NCBI GenBank assembly: GCA_051453625.1
Contig: JBOZIK010000001.1
Span: 32,624,562 to 32,688,561, forward strand
Length of the DNA stretch: 64,000 nt
Source of the DNA: Welwitschia mirabilis
Lineage: Eukaryota
Direction: 5' to 3'
Shown piece after piece: positions 13,141 through 23,100 of this stretch (positions within the stretch are counted from its first letter, which is position 1; every line of letters starts with the position of its first letter). Below the pieces are notes generated by a model, which was not told the DNA's origin, searched no databases, and worked only from the letters and a program-made list of their open reading frames with translations. The position numbers and the translations under genes are program-made.

Positions 13141-16100
13141 CTGGCAACAAACACGAAGAATATCCAATTTTATTCTTCATGATCACAATCGCTTGCTTTC
13201 AGGACAAATTAGCACTTTAGGATTCAAAAACTTCCATAATTATTGTACATTAAAATGGAAAACATATAGTGGTACCTGAGTTTTGGATGATGGGAAAACA
13301 TTCCAGAAACGCAAAGTTTCATCACCTGCACCTGTTACTATAGTCTGCAATGATGACCCAGCATTTCAGGAACAAGGTGCAAAAACTACACATCTAAAAA
13401 TTTAAAGTGAAAATGTTTCTGTCAATTTCTTGCCTGGCCATCAGGAGAAATGGCAAGATAAAGTACTCGGAGTGTATGCCCTGTTAAAGTTGCAAGCTGA
13501 ATAACAAAAAGACAATTAGCTTACAGTCATGAAACAACGCAAGCAAAAAAAAATTAATCAGCGATACTTGATGGCTAAAGATACCCAACTGAAACAATAT
13601 TATTTATGAAGATCAATGTCTATGAATTCAATAAAAAATTCAGTTTCCAAAGCATGCAGACTTCAAATGCATAAAACAAATTGCGCACATAAATGTTTGT
13701 GATTACAACTTAGCACAGGACTCAAATATTCAACCCAATTTACCTTTGACAGTGAGGGATAACGCCAAACAATGATTTGGTTCTGAGAATATCCATGAGT
13801 ACTGACAATTTCATTGACATTTTTTGACCACACAATATTACAAACCTACAACACAATAGAAAGATCATGTGTTTACAAACAGTTGAAGGTATTGTCTAAC
13901 GTCAAAAGTATGGGTCATAATCAAACAAATCAACAAAAACGTTACCTGACTACCAGTGTCGATGCAGTTCAAGGAGGTGTTTGTTGTTGTATTCCAAAAA
14001 CGAATGCAACGATCAACTGTCCCACCTCCAGATGCCAAAAGACCATGTTGATGAGGGGACCATGCTATGGCCTTAACTGCAGCTGTGTGTTCAGTAAATC
14101 TTAAAACTGGATTTGAATATTGCTGGTTCCATACAAAAAGCTGGAACAAGAACAATTCAGCTTAGACATGGATATCATTTTAGTTGATGTGCATGCGATC
14201 TCCATGTCATCAAAATCATAATTACTTCGTATACATGAAAATCAAATATACTCAATTTACCTGATTGTCATTCCCCCCTGATGCGAGCTCTCTGTCATCG
14301 TAAGACCACTTCAGCCCGCAAACCTGAAATCAGCAGTAAAACTGAACATTAAAGATCTTTCCTTTTAAAAAAGCATGTAAGCAAATCGATTAGTAAACTT
14401 TGGCTTCTTCTCGATATTCAAGCAACATGACAAGCAACATGAATTTCAAATTGCCAATAAGGAGAGTTATGCAGCAGTGTGCTCAAAACACATAATTGCT
14501 GAGAGTAGAAACGTTCACCTCAGATTTATGATTCGAAAATCTGGAAATGTAGTCATTTTGGGACCGAACATCGCGTTGAAGAATACTGCGATCTCTACTT
14601 CCAGATGACAAGATACGTGAATTCCATGCTAAGGTTCCTGCACGAGAACGGTGACCTCCCATGCTTCTAATCTTCTTGCAGTGTACCGCATCCCAAACCT
14701 GCACCATAGATTATGAAATCAGTGTCAATATCCAATGCCTGCAACACTGTTAAACTATAGACGACCACAATGGAAAATTCTGAAGTGGTCAATTTTGAAA
14801 GAAATAGAAAAAGTTCTCGTAAACTGACCTGGACTTCACCAATGCTTGTTCCAACAGCTAGATACGTTCCACGCTGAGTCCAAGCAACAGAACAAACACT
14901 ATCATCCAGTCCCAAATCACACAGCTTTGTCACCTTCAATGCGATCGGATTACAAGATATCAGATGAAGCACGTGGGCCTCCGAAGAGAATTGAATATGT
15001 TCAAAAGAACAATAAAAAGAGAATCACGTCGGCAGCACAACCTTACTACTGCTGGCGCTCCAGAGATAAACACATGATCCTAAACCAACCGCAAGTATGT
15101 TATGGCATGACCAATCTACGAGATTAAGATAAAAGTCATCCTGCAGGGCGGGAGCATCCAAAACCTTCATGGACAAATGGAAGTACTACAATCATTAGAC
15201 CATTGTTCTGATAAACAGGTATTTGAAAAAACGGCAGGTAAAATGACAGAAACGATATTTACCGATATCATAAAATGACATCAAAAGATGAGTAATAAGA
15301 GGCTCTTAGTGAATGCAATAGCTTTACGTTTGTCTATCAACAATGTAATGAGTTGGCAATCAAGGGCCAGCTTTGTTATTAAGAGTTTCAATATCGCTTG
15401 TCAGCTGTGTGTTCACACTTCACAATGTCCTCTAGAAAACTTAGCATTATGAGGTATGTTACAACTAAGGCATCCGAATTCAATCTTCAGATTATGAGAA
15501 TTAAGCGGGAAAAAACAGAAGGAACCACAGAAATTTCGAAAAAAAAAAAAATCACAATGTCTTCAGATCATTATAAACTTTAACCAATTCTTGTTCTCTT
15601 TGTTTCAAGTACCTTTGGCAACAGATAAATGTCCTCTTAAAATGAGCTAATGCAACAAACTGGAGAATCTTCAGGGATCAGGCAAAGCCAATACAGCGAG
15701 ATATTTCTTTCCACAGTTCAAATCAAGCAGTTTCACAATCTGCTATGGATACATGACATATAATAGAGATCGACTAATGCTGGATTCAATCGAAAAGGCC
15801 TACAATTTCAGCGTTCCTTCTCGAGAAAATCGAATTCGATAAGAATCAAACAACTGCTTCAAGACAACCAAAAATCCAGAAACCTCAAACCTTGAACGGC
15901 GTGCGAGAGATTTTCCGTGGAGCCTTGCGCGGAAGATTAGAATCGCAGTAGTCTCTATTTGAACCGATTGGCGAAATAGCATAAGGCGAAGGAGTCTGCG
16001 ATTCGGAAATTCCCGGCGAAGACCTGAACTTCAAAATGTTTCCAACTGAAGTCTGAGATGACCGGGAACCGCTCTTATCAGATGCAGAAGGGAAGAATTC

Positions 16101-16457
16101 ACTTCTCAGAAGGGCCCCATACGCCGTGGAGCTGTCTTCACGACCTTCGGAAGGAACCGCACAGTTTCTGCCGGATTGCGACGACGAATAGGAAGAAAAA
16201 CCTCTTGCTCCCCGTTCAGAAAACTCAAACAAATCAAAACGGGACGACTTTCTGCTGGGAATAAACCTGTCGGAATAATCGGAGGAAGAACGCGGAAGAG
16301 GGAATCTTGACTTGAAGGAGGAAAACGATGATGCAGCAGGAAAAGAAGAAGATGAGGAAGGAAGCAAATCTGAAGAAATCCTAGGCGAATACTCCCTGTC
16401 GAAATTCCACTTGTTTCTCATCTTATCTCCTCCCCCTCCTCTTCTCTGCTGTGCCAT
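13087..16457 (-). CDS. CCS52: CCS52/FIZZY-RELATED (CDH1-type) APC/C activator, WD40 protein; 10 exons, 506 aa
   Basis: Exons joined by eye: 16457-15891, 15164-15042, 14933-14829, 14698-14519, 14323-14261, 14140-13946, 13845-13744, 13496-13434, 13344-13276, 13140-13087. All lengths are multiples of 3 and there are no internal stops. Motifs: C-box DRFIPSR, Cdh1-specific motif [56 protein letters not shown] and C-terminal IR. An in-frame TGA upstream of ATG 16457 supports the start. Confidence 0.96.
13276..13344 (-). CDS. CCS52: CCS52 exon 9
   Basis: [23 protein letters not shown]; acceptor TGCAG, donor GTACC. Confidence 0.95.
13434..13496 (-). CDS. CCS52: CCS52 exon 8 (RVL motif), followed by a GC donor
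   Basis: [21 protein letters not shown]; acceptor TTCAG, donor CAG|GCAAGA. Confidence 0.93.
13744..13845 (-). CDS. CCS52: CCS52 exon 7
   Basis: [34 protein letters not shown]; acceptor TGTAG, donor GTAAA. Confidence 0.95.
13946..14140 (-). CDS. CCS52: CCS52 exon 6
   Basis: LFVWNQ...[33 protein letters not shown]...DTGSQ; acceptor CCAG, donor GTAAC. Confidence 0.95.
14261..14323 (-). CDS. CCS52: CCS52 exon 5
   Basis: [21 protein letters not shown]; acceptor TTCAG, donor GTAAAT. Confidence 0.95.
14519..14698 (-). CDS. CCS52: CCS52 exon 4
   Basis: VWDAVHCKK...LSSGSRDR...NHKSE; acceptor TGCAG, donor GTGAAC. Confidence 0.95.
14829..14933 (-). CDS. CCS52: CCS52 exon 3
   Basis: [35 protein letters not shown]; acceptor AAG, donor GTCAGT. 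Confidence 0.95.
15042..15164 (-). CDS. CCS52: CCS52 exon 2
   Basis: [41 protein letters not shown]; acceptor AAG, donor GT. Confidence 0.95.
15891..16457 (-). CDS. CCS52: CCS52 exon 1 (N-terminal region, C-box, CSM)
   Basis: MAQQ...DRFIPSR...[11 protein letters not shown]...[13 protein letters not shown]; donor AAG|GTTTGA. Confidence 0.93.
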
Positions 16458-16537
16458 TTCAATTCCAAATCCAATTCCAATTGCAACTGCGATTTCAATT
16501 CCAACTCCAAATCCAATTCAATTGCAATTGCAATTGG
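16458..16537. repeat. Degenerate hexamer repeat (TTGSAA-like) abutting the start codon, including the palindrome (CAATTG)3
   Basis: Read directly: ttcaattccaaatccaattccaattgcaactgcgatttcaattcc...caattgcaattgcaattg. Confidence 0.8.
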
Positions 16538-16800
16538 ATTTCTGCGGTATTCCTCGAAGGGAAACGAGTCCGGGATTCCACTTATGAAGGACAAATGAGG
16601 GCGTTTTTTTCCTGCGAGATGGCGCGGCCCTGCAAATCTTGGAAAAAGCGGTCCCAATCACGATCAAATTAAAACACGGTTGATCAGCAATATTTTAGTA
16701 TTTTGGAGTTGACCCACAAAGTGCTTCCGTTTGTCAAGTGCGTCACATGCGAGTATGTTGTTCATCCGCTAAATTCGCTGCTCTCACATTTCGCTCTTCC
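16458..16800 (-). promoter_or_regulatory. Putative 5' UTR and proximal promoter of CCS52
   Basis: CpG-retaining sequence directly upstream of the ATG, ending at a T-rich tract and a LINE remnant. Contains one AACGG core (16727-16731, minus strand; partial MSA-like) and TGACG (16741-16745, minus strand). The TSS is not determinable. Confidence 0.5.
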
Positions 16801-16829
16801 TTTTTCTTTTTTTCTTTTTCCAAATTCTT

Positions 16830-17700
16830 GTTTTTTAAGAGAATTAAACCTATAATTACAAAGTCACAAAACTATTTATTTTATTCTGTTGGGAATTGTT
16901 AAAGTAAAGAAAAACAATATCAATCACAAGAAGAAATCCTTAACATAGTCTAAAAAGACACTCATAAGTAATTGTACCCCTCGGGACAGTTATATCAAAA
17001 ATAAAAAAAGAATGAGAACCCTTCATAGCTAAAAAATTTCCTCTTCGAAGTATATCATAAATTGATTTTTGTAATGACTTTTAGTGGCTGTGAGAATTAA
17101 ACTTTCATTCCATAAGTGCAGCTATCAAAAGCTTCCTGTTTATGCCAAGCTTAACAACAGCATTTCCATAGAAAATGAAGACTTTCCAATAGTATAATAT
17201 ACCATCCTATTTTCAAACTGTTATCAACTTTGTCTTAAAGAAGAATAGACTCTGGATAAGATGGGGGAGTTTGCATATCAAAAAAGTCTTTGTAACCAAC
17301 TCCATTACTATAGTACATTTCCAGAAAGCATGGTGAAAATCATCTTCATTATGACAAATAGGATAAGTAGGTTGTCTGATTTCTAAATGCATAAGACAAT
17401 GACCAACAGACAGGCCTTTATGTATAAGACACCAAATAAAGACACTGTGTTTTGGCTAGGCTTTAGATTTCCAAAGAGAATAAAATAATTCTTTCTATTT
17501 ATCTTTAGTTCAATCCCGCTTCCATTTACTATTCAATGACTGTTGCGTAATATGAACAATATTGTCCTATAACTTGGCTTTCTTCAGAGAAAAGTCATGT
17601 AACATAGTGTCATCTGGCCAATTCCAATCTTCCCACCATCACTGTCGGAGTCCCTCCAAGTATGATTCATCACAATCTTCTCAATCCTATTTATTGCTTT
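16830..17700 (-). mobile_element. L1 LINE 3' fragment (zf-RVT domain)
   Basis: 17490-17295 translates LWKSKA*PKHSVFIWCLIHKGLSVGHCL...YPICHNEDDFHHAFWKC, the zf-RVT pattern. The T-tract near 16801-16836 may be its poly(A) tail. Confidence 0.75.
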
Positions 17701-19099
17701 TTTGTTGAACATCTTATGTACCTTGTATTAATATACAAAAATAGTTATTATAGCTAAGCACTTAATAAATGTTTAATTCTTTTTTTCTCCACAGATGCAT
17801 ATATATATTATTAGCTAGTGGAAATACATTCATGTAAAGATAGAGACAAAGTTCCTTATTATTGTACTACTTGTTCCATGGGATGGAACATGAATTAGTC
17901 ATAATTTTGGTTTTTAAGGATTTATTTCTTCTTTTTATAATGAAAGATATTAAAGTACTCAACTAACTTTTTGCCACTAGAATAGCATACTTCAGAATAG
18001 AATCATGGATAAAATCATAAGCTTTCATATGAACTATGATTGTTTATTTACATCAAAGATGGTGGAACTTGTATACTTTAAAGGCATCATGATTGGAAGC
18101 TCTTATAAGTTTTTATTAGTTAATGTTAATAAACGCAATTACATGATTTTAGTGATTTTTCAAGCATGTATATAAACATTTAAAATCTAATCTCAAAGCC
18201 TTTAAAACCTTTGACATAATTTGTAATTGTCTAAAACTAGTCACCAAATCATAGAGTTTTGAAAGTGTACAAGAGTCAAAAGAGTTAGAGAAACCTGTTT
18301 TCTTTTCTCCTAGAAGCATAAAGGCATTGCATGTTCTTTGTGGGAACTAAGAAGATGGATAGATTTCATCTTTGAACTAAGAATTTTCTTTTATACCTTC
18401 ATTTCACAACATGTATAAAGCACAAGTCAAGGGCTATCATTTGTTTTCAAATGTTCTAATAGAGATAGAAAAATCCAATTTTACTAGAGAGGAGCTTTTT
18501 GATGAGGGAGTTTGACAAGGTTGGCAACATAGGTGTTTAGGGTTTTCCTTCATGTAGGAAACCTTGCTATGCTACTATGGTATGCAAGGGTGATAGGGAA
18601 AGTAGACAACTAGCTAAGTCTACATCACTNNNNNNNNNNNNNNNNNNNNNNNNNNNNNNNNNNNNNNNNNNNNNNNNNNNNNNNNNNNNNNNNNNNNNNN
18701 NNNNNNNNNNNNNNNNNNNNNNNNNNNNNGATGAGGGAGTTTGACCAGGTTGACAACATAGAGGTTTAGGGCTTTCCTTCATGTAGGAAACCTTGCTATG
18801 CTGCTATGGTATGCAAGGGTGCTAGGGAAAATAGAGAACTAGCTAAGTCTACATCACCAGTAAAGTGGATGATTTTCCTTTAAGGAGTGGTGCAGTGATT
18901 TTTAAAGAATCTAGATCGAAAGGCTCTAGTAAAGAGTACAAGAAAACACCAAAAAACTATTTTAGTCAATGCAAGTGGACACGCTAATTTTATTTGTACT
19001 AGATCAAGTATGTACCAAAGCCGAACTCGTATTTCATTTTTATCTTTTGGATCGTTTCATATCAATAGGCTTCTATCCTAGCCTGAACCTTGTCCATCA

Positions 19100-22000
19100 T
19101 GAATCACCTTCAAATGAAAGGTTATAGAACCAATAGAAGTCACAGCCTTGTCAAAGTTGTTACTACTATTTCATTTTTAATCTGAGGCTAATAGAGACAA
19201 GATTTTAGTTGACAGCTCCTAGTTCTTTAAGATAAGAGACTTATCCTTATCCCCATGAAAGCTGAAGCCCAATATGGTTAACACTAATTTAATAATGTCC
19301 TAGTCTAGATTATGATCACTAATTATACCATTAAGTTCTAGAAAGGCCCACTTCTTGAAAAAGTAGCTGAAAACTTCATTCAACTAATCAAGATAGACTG
19401 GACCATTACAAAAGCCTCCTAGTTAGTATTAGCAGGATTCTATGTCTGGACAATATTTGAAGACATAGAAAAGATAAATTCGATTTTAATCAAAATGGGA
19501 CTATAAAATTCTATCAGTCAAATATAAGAATATCAAGACCCTATGCAAAGTATGTGGGATTATGAAATACATAAAGCAATTCTGTAGACAAAAATCCATA
19601 AATGTAACTATTGTGATAATGAAGGACATAGTGAAAATAACTATAGAATAAGGCTTACAAGTGATTTCTATGGTAATCCATGGCATCTAAATAAGGAGCA
19701 TTCAACTAAGTAGAGGAAAGGATAAATGGGAAATCAAAATGCTAGGCCAACATTTATAAATGACCAAAATATATTTGAAGCTTTAAGAGAATCATTGGAT
19801 GTTGAAATAAAGAAAATTGAGAATCTAGAAATGAATGAGAAATAGATATCCCCATATAAGTAAGAAGAATAAGGGGACTCTTTTACCTCACCTTAGAAAA
19901 CAAAAGAGAAGATAAGATAAGATGAACAAGAGGAGATAAAATAAGTTTCCCCACCAATATAAGGATACAAACTTTTTAATATAAGATGTAGATCCATAAA
20001 TTAAGAAATTAGGATCAAAGAAATAGAATTTACTCTGACAAATAAGTCCTAATCCATGATAGAGGATGTTGTGAAAAAGCACAATAGCCACTAGAAAAAA
20101 GAATAATGACAGTGTTCTCTTGGAATATAAGGGTGATGGAAACCTCTTATAAACGAAATCCTTGTTTCACATTATTCAAGATCAAAATGTAGGTTTAGTT
20201 TGTATCAAAGAAATCAAGATTCTAATCATCAAAGAATGCATTTTTTCATAGCAATGGAAAATAGTTTATGTTACCAGCACTAGGTGTGCATGGAAACTTC
20301 CTATATCTAGCAAACTATCTTTTAACATTATTGCATAAAACACCTAGTACATTCACATTATAGTTAAGAACATAATTATTACCAATTATTATGGCCAATA
20401 GAACCACCCTGATCACATTAGATTAATTTAAAACATGATTGAGAAATTCCAAAATTAGAAATGGATGATAATAGAAGACTTGAACCAATGCTTATATTGA
20501 GGGGGAAAATGAGGTATCCATCATTAGAATTAAAAAGATATGGAGGAGTATCTAGACATACTCTAAGAGAATGATATGCATGACTTGGATATTCATAATG
20601 TAAGGTGCACTCAATCCAATAGATGGTAAGGCACTCAAAAACTCTTAATTAGAATTGACAAAGCTTGGATTACTATTAGGCTAGCACTTGCAAATTCATG
20701 TATCTTACATGGCCTTTTAAGAATGGAATTAGATCATAGATCAATTTTATTATCAATGGGGGAATCCACCATGAAACAATATCTTTAAGTTGAAACACTA
20801 CTAGCTAGAAAGGGAAGAATTAGAATATATTGTTAATGACATCTAAAGTACCTATATAAAATGAACCCATGAGATTTATTTCTATAAGATTCACATCACC
20901 TAAAAGCAAGATTAAAGGAATGGACTAGGAAGAATAGAAGAATATTTAAAACATGCAGAATAGATTTTCTTAACCAACGCAATAGCCATTAGAAGAAAGA
21001 TAAAAATGCTTCAAATAGAGATAGCTAATATAGGGATATCTTATTTGACCTTCATCATCTCTCCAAGGATAAAGAATGTATTGGAAATAATGCTCGAGAA
21101 ATAAATGACTCATGAAAGGATAACAACATTTTAAATTCTTTTTCTAGTAAGAAAACTACCAAATACAAATCAACTAGATTAGTGAGATAAGATAAAATGA
21201 TAAAGACATTTCAGAAGAAAATGAAATAGCAAGAATATTTGAATAATATTATAGGAATCTCAAGATCAATAAAGAGGGTAAACCAAATAACTTTAATCTC
21301 CACAAGACCTTAAGCAAGGAATATAAAGAACATCTAATGGAGCCATTCATAATTAATGAAATAAAAATGCCTAGTAGAAGCATGCAAAATAATAGGAGCT
21401 TTAAGTTTGAGGGTTGCTTATGGAAGAATACAAAAAGTTTTTTTTTTCCTCCTTTGTTTTTTTCCTATCTTGAGTAGGACTTCATAGACATGATAAATGA
21501 CATGCTTAATCATTGAATAATAAATAAGAAGATTAACTACATAAATATTACTATCATATCAAAAAATAAGATGTAATACCTAACTATTATTTGTAATGTT
21601 ATTTACATAATCTTAAGTAAAGCCATAGTTAGATGTATAGTCCTTATCCTATCAAAGATTATCAATACAATCTAAGAAAGCTTTGCTAATCCTTGGTACA
21701 TCAAAGATCAAGTTATTCTAAATCATGAGCTGATTCATTTATGCAAAACTCATAGATTCCCTGCAATGTTTATTAAGTTGGACATAGCAAAAGATTATGA
21801 TTTCATTAAGCATATAACTTTTAATAAGTCCTCATAAAATAGGGCTTTTCAAATCATAGGGTAAGTATCCTCTTAGACCTACAAAAAATGGTTATATTTT
21901 TTGTTAAAATAAATGGCATTGCATATGGGTTTTTCCCTTTTTTAGAGGAATTAGACAAGGAATCTATTATCGCCTGGCCTATTCATTATGATCATGGATA

Positions 22001-23100
22001 TTATGGGAAATTTATGAAAAATTATAAAGAAAAAGAGATATGTATAGGGGATTATGTATTCACAAATAATCACTATACTAATGACATCATGATCACCATA
22101 AAAGATATGAGAGAAGATTATAGGATAGTAGTCTGTATCCTTAATAAATTTAGTAATATAATATGGCTCACAATAAATTGAAACAAGTTAAAATTGATTT
22201 CTTTAATACCCTTGGTAGTTAAAAGTGCCTTATTTTAAGTGTCATGGGTATTAAAGAGAGGATGTAATTGGATTTTTTTTAGGGATCCCAAGGAAAAGCT
22301 AGCATAAAATCAACATATGAAAACTGCTTTTGAAAAAATTGAAAGGAGATGCATAACATGGAACAACCATTTCTTATCCTCACAAGTTAAAACAATCCCA
22401 CTCAATACTTACATTAGTACAATCACTCAGTACATTGAAGCCATTAATGTCCTACTGAAAAGGTACACTAGCTTTTAAATTGTAGATTTAGAAGTTTTTC
22501 CCTAGCTTAGAGGCAAAGATAAAAGTTACATTAACTTAATCCAATGGAAAGAGATTAGAAAACCAAAGGAGTCCTAAGGACTAGAAATTTATAACATCCA
22601 AGATATTATGCTTCTAGCGTAGTGCAATTTCTACAAAAATTTGAATGAAGGTGAGGCGGTTTGGGCTTGCTTAATGGCTATAGAATATGAAAAGTATGGA
22701 GCTTCCAACATGACTAGCTTCTTCTTATGGAAGATTATTATAAATGTAAGAGAATAGTCTAATAATATAGGTATAGTCGATGATTGGGATAATAGGAAAG
22801 TGTTAATAATGAAATATAGGAAACACTATGGTGCTAAGACATTATGAAAAGAAATTCTTCTAAGAAATATTAAAATTTTTATTTGGCTTTTAAGTAAACA
22901 AATCATCCTTATGATAGATATATTAATGAAATAAAAGATTCAAGTTAATCAAATTTATATCCTATGTAAGGCTAGTAAAATCATCTTCCATATTTTAATA
23001 TCTATGAATGTGCTAGAGATCTTGTTGTTCAACTATATGCTAAACTGAACCTAAAAGGATAGGAACTTTTTGCAACCGAGTCACAAGAATTAATGCTATG
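19100..23100 (+). mobile_element. Near full-length degenerate L1 LINE (ORF1 knuckle, APE endonuclease, RT, zf-RVT)
   Basis: Motifs in order: CDNEGH (19616), WNIR (20121), WMIIEDLN, RIDK, CNVIYIILSK, FIKLDIAKDYD (21769), RGIRQG (21944), WKEIRKPKES*GL, KIFIWL. Many stops and frameshifts. Confidence 0.9.

Noticed and set aside
14014..14018. U-to-C RNA editing restoring the conserved Ala codon
   Set aside because: Such editing is known for plant organellar transcripts. This is a spliceosomal nuclear gene.
16058..16672. Overlapping ORFs around exon 1 (16058+, 16312+, 16451+, 16418-)
   Set aside because: These are antisense or low-complexity shadows of exon 1 and the hexamer repeat. The 16657 minus-strand ORF has no ATG start.
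16560..16700. E2F binding site in the CCS52 promoter
   Set aside because: Only partial matches were found upstream; the one consensus-like ATTCCCGG lies within exon 1.
17800..19050. LTR-like sequence between the two LINE pieces
   Set aside because: I could not identify termini, a PBS/PPT or a partner copy.
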